A DNA stretch of 64,000 nucleotides from Dicyema japonicum (taxonomy: Eukaryota > Animalia > Dicyemida): positions 979,222 through 1,043,221 of the forward strand of contig RDEW01000018.1 of NCBI GenBank assembly GCA_011109175.1, in the 5' to 3' direction. The position numbers and the translations under genes were made by a program. The notes below the pieces were generated by a model. That model worked only from the letters and a program-made list of their open reading frames with translations, had not been told where the DNA came from and made no database searches. Position 1 is the first letter of the stretch. Every line of letters starts with the position of its first letter. Shown here piece by piece: positions 13,607 to 26,637 of this stretch.

Positions 13607-14760
13607 AAGTGGTTCTCAAATTTAAAAAAAAGTCGCGGTCCTCTTTTATTTTTTTAATTGCACGGTCCTCTTTTATTTTTTTAATTGCTCACGGTCCTCC
13701 ATTAAATTAGTGAATTAACATTTTAACAAAAACAAAAATTAGTGCAAAATTAAAAAATGATAATTAATGAGATGGATGCACTTGTTTAGCAGTTTTTCAT
13801 CACCAGTTTTTCAAAGTCGGGTTGTGTTTTGGACAATGCAACCCTCATGTCATTTGGCACATCCAATCTATCGCGGAATTTTGATTTGATGGTAAGCAGT
13901 GATGAAAACGCTGTCTAACATTCATAGGTAGTTGCAAATGGAATAAGCAGTTTAAGTCCCATCTTTGCCAATTCTGAATAGGACTCAGCCATTTGAATCC
14001 AAAAATCGCTTTGAGTAACTTCGTTGAAAACGTGTTTTGCATATCCATCATTAATCAAATCGATAAATTGTTCCTGAATTATGGAAAATATCTAAAAATT
14101 TATAAATATCCAAAAAACACCTAGAAATTTCTCTACTAATAAATAATATATGTTGTTTCATCACATCATTGGTGTAGTTGTCCATGCATGGCAATGGAGG
14201 ACTGTTGTATATCTTCCTTGCAGTTGTAAATTAACAAAATTCACAGATTCAAATATATCCACCAGAAATGCCAATAAAGTCAATAAACGAGTATCAGAAA
14301 AATTTTCACGCAGTTTTGGTTTGACGTCTTTAAGAAATTCATGTATTTCTTTTTGTAGTATAAATGCTCTCTTCAATACTTTTCCTTTTAAAAGCCATCT
14401 CACATTGATCAAATCTGGAATTGATCAATCTTTGGGTTTTGAATTTGAAGAAATCAACATCCTTTTGTGTTGAACTAGGATGTTTGGATTCCTTGCTCGG
14501 CTTAAGTGAAGCAGACGCCAAAACGTGAGAACACAGGACACACTGTGGTTTTAATTTACCTTCAAAAGTTATCAGAGTGAATACATATTTGATATATGTA
14601 TTTTTATTTATTGAATTATTTTAACAGGACATTCCCACAAGGATAAAATTGAGCACGTTCCTTTTTAAATTTAATTCAAAATTCAAAATAATTTAAAAAT
14701 ATAATATAAAAATAGACTAATATAAATTACTAAAGATTGTTCCGCGGTTTTTTTTAAATT
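13607..14760 (-). mobile_element. Buster/Charlie-type hAT transposon remnant
   Basis: VRWLLKGKVLKR...LAFLVDIFESVNFVNLQLQG is the Buster transposase motif. One end reads (A)AGTGGTTCTCAA, preceded by TTATAGAG (nnnTAnnn target). A partial inverted subterminal match lies at 14741-14760. Confidence 0.8.
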
Positions 14761-14989
14761 AATATTAAATTCAACAATAAAAATTTAAAATAAAAAAATA
14801 CTTAAAATATTAATTTATGGTATATCCTAACAAAAAAAAACCGGTGCTTATGTACAACTCGGGTACATGGATGGTCACAGAGCTGGAGCTCAAGAAAATG
14901 GATATATTTCATGAAAACAATTACGTAATTTACTGGGCCTAGGTTGGCCCAAGAAGATTTCAAATAAAAAATTATACTCCGTTGTACAA

Positions 14990-15290
14990 TCGAGGCCAAT
15001 AGCATCGACATTATTAATTCAAGATAGAGACTGTTTGGGCACGTGCTTAGAATGGACAGAAACGCCCCTGCAAATATAATAATGGATAAGTACTTTAAAA
15101 ATGAGAACAAACCTTAGTTCAGAGGAAGACCTAGAGTCATTTCACCCGTGGCTCTGAACAAGGATCTTAATGGAATTGAAAAAAAAACTTAAATCTGCAC
15201 AAGACCTAGAAGATATACGGACAGATGCGCAAAAACAGATGGCGACGGAAATGCCTAGTCAAGCAAATGTCGAAACTTGTGGCACAAACA
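14990..15290 (+). mobile_element. RTE/RTE-X LINE 3' fragment
   Basis: RLFGHVLRMDRNAPAN..FRGRPR; same family as 20795-21110 and 56940-57255. Confidence 0.75.
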
Positions 15291-15413
15291 GGACCTTAGT
15301 TAATATAACGTTTTTTGGTTCTGTGAAAGTGCTTTTAATAATAATATCCTAACAAATATAAATATTACAAGTCCTTCATTCCAGTTGATGTAGTCAATGA
15401 CCAGACCTCACTA

Positions 15414-17749
15414 AGCTCTGAATATATCAGAAGCAAATTCCTCGGTTTTATCAGATTTTATTTTGTCTTGATGAACTATCAAAATCGCACAACGATGCAC
15501 TTTCTTTACATCATTAGCTGTAATCGAATGTCCCATCGTGACGAGTTCATGGCATTTCCCAGAGTGGACAACAGTAAACGAATATTCTTTCCTTTTCCGT
15601 GACCCCATTGGGCCACTTCGAATACATCATAATTATTACTCGTTTCCGGGTGACGGAAAACTGTTCACCACCACTCTTTTTAATTCCCTCATCGATTTTG
15701 AAGCCACCAAGTACATCATCAAAAGCTAAGCTCATTAAATGATACACATCTCCGCATCTTCGAGACTTCTCAGTGAACATGGTCTTTTCTATGGAGGAAT
15801 GATTACTCTAATGAGTAGGGCAACATGCGTCAATAAAGTCAATTTCAATTCAGAGTTAGAGTTTAGTCTAAAAATAATGATTAATTTAAAAAATGTCAAA
15901 AAAAGGTTTCTATAAAAAGTTTTTTAGGTCAATTTGGTCAACTTTTTAGATTTTTAGGTCAATTTTTTTAATTAGGTCAATTTTTAAATACAAATTTAAA
16001 TAATATAATTATATCATAATTTTAAGCATCAAAATAAATTTAAAATAATCGCCGTGACATTTCTGTCTTATTGTAACAAATTTTTAACTGAATTATAGAG
16101 TACATATGCCTAAAAATAAGCCTTCCGATTTTAAAAAAGCTGAAAATATTTGTGAAAAATATCCCAAAGAATTTTCAATTACACCGAATGGAATGCCTTT
16201 TTTGTAAATTATGAGAGTTACCCGTAACTTGCAAGAAACAATTTTTTGTGAACAAACACAGGGAAACACAGAAGCACTTTTTACGAATAAATATATCCAC
16301 AAATAAAAAGCAGTTGAATATTGTTACTGATGATTTCTTCAGTACACTCTATAAATTGAGGAATCGAGCAATTATCACCTTATTCGAAAGTATTGGGCAT
16401 CGACTTCTTTCAAAGTTTACTTGCCGCAATATAGTAGAAATTTTAGCTCAAAAAAGATATCCAAAATAATTAATTTAATTTCAAATAAAAAAGTTAGTTT
16501 GAACAATTTAATTGTTAAGGTTTTTGATTGTGGACGAAACTGATGTTGGGAGAAACAAATTTGTTATTTGTCTAGTTGAAACGTTGGCAACTCCGCAAAG
16601 CTCTTACCTAATAGAAATTGATTCCTCTCCGAATTCGTCTATCTTCAGTCAAATTATTAATGACACTATTCGGAAAATTAATGTTGAAACAATTTTTCTC
16701 TTATATTTTTTGCTGCACATGCGGGCTATAAATATTATGGCTCTCGTGAAAGTGCTAATAATAAATAATAAACAATTTTTCTCTCCTTATTACCACCGAT
16801 GCTGCTCAATATGTGGTTTCTGCAGGAAATACTCTCAAGTTATTATATTCTAGTCTATACCATATCACATGTTTTGCTCATTTACTGCATAATTGTGCAC
16901 TTATAATAAAAGTATTTTATCCCCAAGTCGACAAATTGATTGCTTATATTAAAGCACTTGTTGTAAAGAACATTTATTTAAAGAAATTGGGTACCTACCA
17001 GAACCAATAGTTACGAGATGGGGTAGCTGGCTTTACTATGCTACAAACCTGACAAATGTTGTTCAAATATGCACTTCCTTAAAAGATTCTTTGCTTATTA
17101 AAAGAGCGAAAGAATGTTTATTTAATGAACAACTTCATGAAGATCTAACGACGATAATATCACAATATTCACCTTTATTACATTTGCTTGGTAGTTTATA
17201 TATGAAAATAAAGTTGTAACTAGTATTTTTTAAGTCAATTTTTCGGTCAATTTTTAAAATTTTAAGATCAATTAAATTTAAGGAAAATTTTTATTTTTTA
17301 AGTCAATAAAAATGTTGCCCTCCAGATAAGGCTTTTCTTTATTTTCAATAGTNACGATAATATCACAATATTCACCTTTAATACATTTGCTTGGTAGTTT
17401 ATATATGAAAATAAAGTTGTACTAGTATTTTTTAAGTCAATTTTTAAAATTTTAAGATCAATTAAATTTTTCGGAAAATTTTTATTTTTTTAAGTCAATA
17501 AAAATGTTGCCCTCCTGATAAGGCTTTTCTTTATTTTCAATATTAATTTGTGATTTGAAGAGAACATGGATCGACTTTTCGTGACTAACCTTAGTCGGGC
17601 TTTTTTGGGGTTCGCTAAAAAATAAAGTCCTTCCAAGGAATCAATGAACGTATCCCAAATAGTTAAAATCAAACATCCATAGACTACCTATCATCAATCA
17701 TATGAATTACCCATCCGCCAATGCCGACATTCAAACCCCCACATATCAT
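15414..17749 (-). pseudogene. Candidate gene of unknown family interrupted by the hAT element at 15816-17514
   Basis: Removing the element and one TSD copy gives an open frame ...KEKPYQ|SNHSSIEKTMFTEKSRRCGD. Plausible 20-24 nt GT-AG introns lie on both sides. No recognisable homology. Confidence 0.35.
15816..17514 (+). mobile_element. hAT transposon, degenerate, with TIRs and 8-bp TSD
   Basis: TIRs TAGGGCAACAT / ATGTTGCCCTC; flanks CTAATGAG and CTGATAAG (6/8 identical). Transposase remnants HITCFAHLLHN and PIVTRWGSW. The right end is duplicated across the N at 17353 (first copy ends 17322). Confidence 0.8.
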
Positions 17750-17770
17750 AAATACACTTTATTAGAAAGC

Positions 17771-18939
17771 CTAATCTTTAGAGTCAGCAATCCCCGATGT
17801 AGTAATAGCAAAAGTAGCCTCACTCTCAGGGAGACATGGAGAAGCATAAATCTTACAAATTCTGTTCTCATTTCTCCCCTTCTTCAAAGACAATCTACAT
17901 CACCGAACATCTCAACCTCGTCGTCGAAGCATGGGCCATTATATTCCCACCAATTGGCTTTTTCGGGTCCGCCACAAACATGGAAGACCCGTCCACCTGG
18001 GACACCACCTGATTCGTTATAATCACCGCCACCCCAAACTAAACTCAATCAAACAGACCACCTCGTCCGCCAGTCTCAACAGGATCCTCAAAAATTGCCC
18101 CAAGTGCATCTGCCGGCTCGCCAACTCCCCCCGTCCCACGTAGTCTGACCGGAAGAGAGCTGTGGCGCTGTCCACGATCAACAGAGAGTACCTGGTTAGC
18201 CACAAACCCAACCTGGTCTCCACCATAAGGGCGCCAGCATCAACCAGTAGCTGAGACTGTCTCTCGCTGTTATAAGCACGTGCACACACAATATTGTCCA
18301 AAACCTCCTCCAAGTTCAGTCCAAACCTACCACATGAGTATGCCACCATTACCTTTCCGCGATTGGGGCGAACCTTTCGGGCCTGAAAGTCCCCTCAGTG
18401 TCGATGTACAAACACTTCCCTTCACCTCCCCCCATTTCCACGGGAAGCTGTCATTAAAATAACGGAAACCTGGCATGTGACTGCGAGGGTGTGGGAGAGC
18501 TGAGTCTTCCCCGTTCTGAACTCCCCGAAAATCTCGGTAATGGAACCTGTCTCCATTCCCCCTAGGAGAATTCGGTCCAGTTCCTTAGAACCAGTGGTGA
18601 TTCTAATTATCTCCGACCGCTTTCTGAACAGTTCCGTGGCGGTGGAAAACCCCATGGGGACTAACTTCTCAACTTCGTTCTGATCCCTTAATATTAGTTC
18701 AACTATTATTTTGTCAGCTTTAGCTTCGGAGATTCCCTTGATCTCCAAAAGGGACTTTTTAGTGGAGAAAGCGAGCGATTCCAAAGTGTGATAACCAGCG
18801 TTTTCTAACTTTTTAGTATCTGCGACGGATATTCCCAATTCCTTGTATAATAGCGAATCTATACCTGTAATTTTGATATTTTAAGGGGTCCATCGCACTC
18901 TTCTTTAATGTCATTTTGAATTAATGATAATTCCTTCAT
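17771..18939 (-). CDS. RAD51: DNA recombinase RAD51, complete, 7 introns of 21-26 nt
   Basis: MKELSLIQ...[10 protein letters not shown]|ELGISVAD; Walker [19 protein letters not shown]|[26 protein letters not shown]|L; ends GIADSKD with TAG. Confidence 0.98.
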
Positions 18940-19593
18940 TAACTCACAAGAACTTATTTTAAATAGTTTGAATTTAATTATAATTTTCAATTGTTGTCAA
19001 TATTATCATAATTAAAATTAACTAATTTTATTATTTTTTTCTATTTAAGATTTTCATTAGAAATATACTTATTTAACTTCTAACAGATGACCAGAGTCAA
19101 ACTAATCACTACAAGCAGGGAGAAGTCATGCATAACATTTTTCGTAATTTTTCGATCTAGCTTCCAATTTTTCAGTTTATTTGTATTAAAAAAAACTTTA
19201 TTTTTAGTGGAAAATATTATATTTTAATTTATTTTTTTCTATCACTATTTCATAATTTTATTGCATTTTTTTAAATTATCACGATAGTGAAGGGGGGTTA
19301 AAGCTATGTTCTCTAAGATCTCTCTAAATGCGTGATCATAACATCTGATTTATTTTTTCCGCATAAATTCTGATATTTTTGATTTATACACTTATCCAGA
19401 AAACTAAGACCCCATGTATTGTTTTGCAGAAATTATGCATACTTCTCATTAAAGCACCCCCTATCCATAAACGTGTTAGCACCCCATCCCATCTCTCTGT
19501 GAATACAATATTTACCTATAATTTAAGCTGAGCAACCCTTTCNAAAGCTATGTTCTCTAAGATCTCTCTAAATGCGTGATCATAACATCTGAT

Positions 19594-20225
19594 TTATTTT
19601 TTCCGCATAAATTCTGATATTTTTGATTTATACACTTATCCAGAAAACTAAGACCCCATGTATTGTTTTGCAGAGATTATGCATACTTCTCATTAAAGCA
19701 TCCCCTATCCATAAACGTGTTAGCACTCTATCCCATCTCTCTGTGAATACAATATCTACCTATAATTTAAGCTGAGCAACCCTTTCCCATCTCTCATTTT
19801 TGAAGGAATGTAAATCTCTTGCACGAACGAGTTGAAAATTTTTGAGTTCCCTATGACTTTTGGGAGACATGTTGACAATACTCTTGTCTCATCTTTTTGA
19901 AAATGAACTTCTTTAAAGCACTTCAGGGGTCTCTTCTCTCCATCTAAGCTCATTATACTACCGTTATTGTGAATCAACCTCTGCGCCACTTGAGGTACTA
20001 ATTTGAAGAAAAAGATTCTATAAAGATCGAAGACTCATCATAAGTCACCAAAAATCGACGAATCACTCTTTTGGTTGTTTTTAGCGAAGACTTCCAGAGG
20101 GCTGGATAGCGTCTCAAGGACGGAAATGACTATGACGAGCAGGGAGAAATGGTGGTAACCGGTAATTTCATCGCCGGTAGATTTGAAAGCCTCTAGAGGA
20201 CAATATTTTTCATTATTTTTCAAAC
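19594..20225 (-). CDS. Candidate gene of unknown family (start and exon boundaries uncertain)
   Basis: ORFs 20038-20223 and 19756-19989 share one frame, separated by two TGAs removable by a GT-AG intron. Two 23-nt introns extend it to NYR|WDRVLTRLWIGDALMRSMHNLCK...FMRKK*. Confidence 0.35.
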
Positions 20226-20289
20226 TGGTATTTTATTTTAAAAAAAAAATATCTTATCGCGGAAATTACCTAGAAGCGAAATGACAGAG

Positions 20290-20670
20290 ACTGATCATAA
20301 GAATTGTTGGACGTCCCTTCTCATGACAATGGCACCTTAGAAGTATCACTATCCCTTATAGCCTGTAAGGACCTACAGAGTGCTTTCCAATGTGTTTGTC
20401 ATCCATTTAGTAAATTATCTACGGTGGTATTACTTTAATGTCTTACTCCGCTATCATGGATGGTAGCATGTTTTCTCCCCCCTATGCCACTGTACCTTTT
20501 TTTGATAAGCCTTGACTTTAGATATCTGCGTTGATTGAAACAAGACTTGAAGTGGAAATTGAGAGTCAAACTCCTTCACCGAAGGAACAATTGAGGTAGT
20601 GGACTCGTTGTGATTAGGCTGGGGAAGAATAAAGAGAGAATGTACTAAACTTCCTCGTAAAAGCCCCAAT
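20290..20670 (-). mobile_element. Decayed LINE RT fragment
   Basis: Remnants resembling the PP..E...K and KG......ISL RT N-terminal motifs. Confidence 0.45.
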
Positions 20671-20794
20671 TGGCATTCATCAGTTCTAAAAATACTGATT
20701 CACTCAATTTTCAACCCCCCACTAAAACCACAAGGAATATGGTTTACAGCGGAAATTCAACGGAATATTTCTTAACATCGGTGATGGGGGATTN

Positions 20795-21110
20795 TAGGCC
20801 TCTAAGCCTGGAAATCACTGACGCCCGGTGGAGACTGTTTGGTCACGTACTACGCATGGATCTTGCTGCCCCGGCTAATGTGGCGATGGAGGACCATTTC
20901 ATGTTCGAGGGCAAATGCTTCCGTGGCAGACCAAGGATGACCCTACCTATCATGCTGCACAAAGACCTCCAAAGAATGAAGAAATGCCTAAAGACGGGAG
21001 ACGATCTGGACATGCTGAGATCGACTGCGTGTAACCGTGGAGGATGGAAGAGGCTAACTAATAACATTGTTTCTTGTATTGCACATGCTTTGCTATAACT
21101 ATTATGGCAA
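20795..21110 (+). mobile_element. RTE/RTE-X LINE 3' fragment
   Basis: RWRLFGHVLRMDLAAPAN...FRGRPRMTLP...NRGGWKRL. Confidence 0.8.
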
Positions 21111-21336
21111 GGCGATAAGTGCTGTAATAATAATGTCTCAGGAAAGTCAATTGTAATTGCCTCCTTTAATCAACTCTCCACATGATGTCGATTAACTAGT
21201 GATGTCCCTAACTCAATCGATGAACTCCCAGCCATTTACTACTCAAGACATGCTCTCCCACCATAATCACTGTTTTTGACTTAAAAAACAGATTATATTT
21301 AAAAGCTTGATAATCAAATAGAAAATCTGGGTAACG

Positions 21337-22855
21337 TCAATCCTTAACATTCTTGGGATCCCTGAGTCTGCCAAACATTATGTGGGGACATACCTGTACC
21401 TATAATATTTCTTAACAGCAAAGATGTCCTAAGGTAACCCCCAAAAATACCAGATCCGACGCCTCCCAGTCGACTGGACAGTCCGTTTTTTCAACACTAA
21501 TATCCGTGGTCACTGAACTCGCTACAAAAAAGACACCCGGCAAACCACTCGCCTTACTAGACCACCCGTCAGAGACCGAGGAATCTTCGTAGCTGCTCTC
21601 AGTCTCCGGAAAGGACCTCAAAGGCTTGGAGAAAAAAGGAACGTCCAGTCCCACCTCCCTACCTCTTTTACTCCGTAAACTATCCCTCACAAATCATAAA
21701 AAACGCAAACATAGCTCGCTTCGTGATCTGGTCGTCGAAATTGATTTTTATGCTGTCCTCCGTTCTGCGGAAAGGCCTGACTTTTTTGATATCCACATAT
21801 TTAAACAGTCAAACCTACAAAGTCCGAGTTTTCCTTTGATCTCTGACTCCGGAAGGGTCTCTTCTTTATCATGAAGACCACAGAATTTGACAGGGAGTTA
21901 AGGAGGGATCCAACCTTGTGGACTGACCAACCAATCTGAAATCACGATGTTTTTCGAACCGTCAGTTTTCCGTTGACCTGAATTATTTCGTCCCCCGGTG
22001 AGATGACCCCATTCTTGTGGGCGAGGCTGTCCTGGAAGATCTCCTCGACCACACAATCCCCAAATTCGTTCTCCGCCAACCCAAATCCCTACGGTACCGT
22101 GATATCCCCAACCAGGGACTCGTATGGGGACGACCTGTGGATCACCGTGACCTGGAGAATGCAGGAAATCGACGATAGAACGTCAAAGGGGGTCAAAAGA
22201 CTCACGGCAAGAGTTATAAGTCGTTGACACTAACCGTTAGTTCACGGAAAACTGCTTTTTGAATTTTTTCCGTGCTTTCTTCTTCAAAAATTTTGTTTTT
22301 TTCGAATTTTCGGTTAAAACTCGGTAAAATCACGGATAACTCCTCGGAAACGGAGGAGTAGCGACTCGTCTTATTGAATGGAGACCTACTATGAATAAAA
22401 ATAAAGACCATCTCAGCCAGTATAGGAGTTTGTTCCCAGTCTTGATCAAACTCATGGATTCCACGATAGCCGAAAACGCGGCGGACTCGGAGTTTTCGTG
22501 ATTTTCTCGGAATTTGAGGATTTGGTGAAGCATGCTTTGAGCTGAGTACAGGAACCTCTGGGACAATGTCTGCAGCGTTGTACTCTCCAGGAAGAAATAC
22601 TACAGAGTGAGGAATCCACGGCTACTAGCTCAAAAAGTTTGTCGATGACTAAAAAGACTAGTTCTCTCTCTGAGAATGTGAAATCGGACAAATCGTCACT
22701 TTCCAAAGTCATCAGTTTATTGCCGTCAATTTTATCCCGCCTAAATTTTTCTGAGACGTTTTTAAGTCCCAATCCTTTTAAAAAATTATAATTCTACCTT
22801 CGATCCAGTCACAAATTTCATCCAAGGTAAAAATTGAAACATTGAACAGACACAT
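21337..22855 (-). CDS. CNK: Connector enhancer of KSR (CNK/CNKSR) homologue: SAM-CRIC-PDZ; 3' end uncertain (21337 or 21412)
   Basis: SAM: TLDEICDWIEG|LGL..KFRRDKIDGNKL. CRIC: KLLYWLR|SPF. PDZ: GDEIIQVNGKLT|IGWSV. Introns of 23-26 nt restore the frame. Confidence 0.8.
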
Positions 22856-23499
22856 TAGATATTTTAAAAATTTTATTATATTTTAAATAATTTATAATAT
22901 TAAATTTAATAAACAATATATATTAAATTTACACTTTTCAGAGATTTATCAAATTTTATAAATAATATACGAGACCTTGAACACCTCTATTTAAAACCCT
23001 TCTAAAATGCCTTTATAGTTTCAAGTAGAATTTTGTCTTTGCCCTTCTAATTTGCTTATTCTACATAAAAAGCTAGGGACATAGATGCTTAACATTTCGA
23101 AAATTTTTTAGATATAAAAAGTTCCCAGATTTGAAATCCCACAGAGCTCACACTCATTTTCTTTTATGATGATCGTCTGAGAGATTATTGTGACTGGCCT
23201 GTGTAATATTATTTTGAATATTTATTATTGATTTTGAAATAATCCATAAAAAGTTTTAGTGGATTTTTAATAGGTTTTATAATATGAAAATTTATTGGTA
23301 CTAAATTATGGTTTACTTTGTGAATGCTATTAACGTAAATTCAATAATAATAGTTTTTTCACCCGCATAGGCGAGAATTACATTTTATTCTAGTAAAGAA
23401 CGGTCATACTAACTTAGCGTTGAAATGAGAGGAGGATTGTTCTCATTTCTTTTTTTCTTTTTTATGCGTGTGAGGAAATTCTAGCTGTTGACGTGGCCC

Positions 23500-24560
23500 C
23501 GTAAGGTGTGTTAAGTCAATAAGTACGAAGTTGCTGGAATTTCACCTTAATACGTGGAAGTCAACAAAAAAGGGATTGGTCTGGAAAGTTAACAGGAGGA
23601 ATTGGAATTCGGTATCTCCCTAGGATTAATCTCCTCACAGCCCTTAGATATGGCCTCTTTTGCTAATAAAGTTGTCTCGTTTACTGCACATGCGGGGCCA
23701 TGACCCTTGGTTTTGCGAAAGTGTGATATTATTATGCGCGTGGGTCCTTTATAGACGATTCTGTTCCGCAGTGAAGTAGTCACTGATGACGGCATCACAG
23801 CGTACAACATCGAGACAGGATTTTGCTAGGAGCTTGTAGCAATGCTCCATCCAGGAACGTCAGTTCATGTTACAAAATTTCCAAGAAATAGTGGATATCT
23901 CTGTTGGATAAAAATTAGCCTACTTGGTTGAGGATTTGTCTTTGCTCCTTAACTTCTTCAATTCCTGAGGCAATATGGGACCTACCTAACTATCAGAAGC
24001 TCATTGCCTGGTCAGTATCCAAAAAAGATTTTTTTCTCTCTTACTCCAACTAAGGGGTTCTTATAATGGCGGATAGGGATTGAGGTGATGCTTGGAAAAG
24101 ATGCGTTTCACTCTAATTTTGAAAACTGGATGAAAATTTTTTTTTCAGGTATAATCGGGGTTATCCATTGTGGCGGGAAATTACTTGATAAACAAATTCC
24201 TCATATATTTGATATAGTTGTCTACCGGTTCTCTTATTAGTCATTCAATCGGAAATAAGAGCTATTGTCGACCGTTTTTGTGGACTTATTGCTCAGTCCC
24301 TTTAACTAAATAAAAACTAGTATGGATTGGAGGTTTGAGTCTCGGGTTCTAGTCTTACACGTACTCACTGGGAGAACTTGTAACAGAACATATATCGGGA
24401 CATTGATTGTAGGGAATATAAACGTTCCACTGCAGGATTATCCCGTTCGTCCTATCTCTTCTAAAATGAGCTGACTGATAAGGATTGCTGATAAGTGAAC
24501 TTTCGAGTTGAACCATAGCGCTAACTTGGGTGCTCTGCCTATAGGCCATAGGACCATAGT
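23500..24560 (-). mobile_element. Highly decayed APE-type LINE remnant
   Basis: IILQWNVY...PDIC (APE domain 1-2) near 24400, followed by frameshifted downstream sequence. Confidence 0.5.
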
Positions 24561-25699
24561 TAGCTTATACACTTGGCTTTCTGGATAACAGAGAACGAAG
24601 CAGTATGTTTGATGTAAGCAAAGTTTTTAAGCGAAATTCGCTGTCTTATTACATAATTTCAGCACACAGTCTGGGGTGCTCCACAAATACCAGAGGCAAG
24701 GAGACAAAATTCATCAAAAGCCTTGCTACGACAAGCTTCTAAGCTGTCTCGAAGTTAAGAGGAGTTATGGGGAGACGGAAAAGGGTACATTGACGAATGA
24801 TCTCCCTAACATACTAGGAGACGGCTCACCGGATTCGAGTCCGGATTTCACGTGTATCAGATATTATTGTGCTTAGAACTCCGGATTTTGACGTCTCTCA
24901 AGTCCATCACCTTGGATTCTCACGAGAAGGGAGACAAGGACTTTCACACATCAGAAATCGGTGTAGACATTTCGTTCAACTGAAGAACGTCTTACCTCAA
25001 CCTTCCAACCGACAAAAAACCTGTGAGTTTGGCGATAAATCCTGAATCCGTAAAAAATCACATTCCAATATTTCCTAGAACAAAAAAGTGGGAGAAAAAG
25101 TTTCCGTGATTTAGAAGAGGTCGAAAATTATTGTATCCCTTATGTGGAGCTTTTATTGGGGTTAAGTGACCAAATTCCCAATCCGTTTGAGTGTCTGCAG
25201 CCATGAAGCGAGTACTCCACTAAAGAACATTCTGGAATAACTAACTAATCAGCATCTGCTCTCCTCGGGAGAGACGAAACTCACCGAAATTCCTCTGCCT
25301 TTGGTTAAACCAGATTGGGTGCCTGACGTCTCTTAGGTTCTCCAGATGCATCCCGAGGTGTAGCGACATAACGATAACAGCCCAAGTTTTCTCCCTCGTA
25401 TTTAAATTCTGAAAAATAGGTTTATTGGTGGTTTATTGGTAGTTACCACAGATAATGCTTTATAATATGTTCTACCTTCTGGGAGACCACAGGGCCACCC
25501 CCTTCTTTTGTTCTGGTCAGCCACACTTGATACACGTAACTGATCTCTGGGAGTATCCGCTTTTGGTTGTTACTTTTCTGTTAGCCACCGGTTTCCTAAC
25601 TTGGAGGGACTGGGGGTAAATAGTATCTTCACTTGGTAGTCGAATTGAGTGTTGTAGATTTACTTGACGTCATTTTTAGAAGGTAAAAGCAAATCGTTA

Positions 25700-25960
25700 T
25701 CGTCACCTCCTTCTCGGCTGATTCTTTTCCTTTTTGTTATCCTAAGAAGGTTGGCGGGATAGATCTAAGAGTCCTTGAAGTTTCGACTGCTACGGACTTA
25801 AGTGGACTACCCTCCAAGGGTTTTGTATTTCTTCTTTTCAGGAGCTTTGTCCTTTCTGAGGGTGACCCTGAATATGAAGTTGTCACCCCTTGGTTTGAGG
25901 CGTCAACACAAGTGGCATCCCAGGACATGTATTCCCACTTTTCCAAGTGGAGAGTCGCCC
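25700..25960 (-). mobile_element. CRE-like RLE endonuclease fragment
   Basis: WDATCVD...VAVET motif shared with 41300-41480 and 59400-59600. Confidence 0.7.
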
Positions 25961-26637
25961 CTCATATCTTTTATATGTTCTGAAAAAGTAAAAAATAAAC
26001 CCGAATCTCAAGATCACCAGAGTCTTGGTTTCCTCTCAGAAGATCTACCAGTCGCATACATCTACTCAATCAATCGTTCATTAAATTGGGTCGTTGGGGA
26101 AATTCCTATTTTAACCCAGAATATTACTGAGGTAATTGAAGTTATTCCAAAACCCCAGTTGATAGCCCACAAACAGTACTCGTTGGATCCAAAATGGACT
26201 CATCATACGAGGAGTTTGGTATGTTCAGCATGGAGGACAAAGTAACCAAGTAAATGTATAAAATAGCATTACTACCATAATTCGGATACCATAGCTTTTT
26301 TAACACAAACTACTAACTGAAGCGAGACAGAGGCTGAATGAGCATGTTAAAGGGACAAAAAAGAATATTATTGACGTTATTTTTCCTACGGAGCTCTTAG
26401 CAACACATAAGTAATCACTGATCAATATTCTCAACATATGTGACCTCATATTCTCACTGCACTATTAAATTCAATAATGAGTGATCTACATATTAGAGAT
26501 CACCCCCATATAGTCTATATCTTCATGTTATCAGAATTACTCCTAATAAACTCACAACAATCAAATGTGACGTCAAAATTAACAAAGAAGCCACACAAAC
26601 TTTATTATCTGAGAGAATGAGAAATCTAACTAATTAT

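Noticed and set aside
17702-18462. Plus-strand ORFs opposite RAD51 (and similar ORFs opposite 14-3-3, DNAI2, PPP4R4 and GDI)
   Set aside because: Antisense shadows of GC-richer coding sequence with no recognisable motifs.
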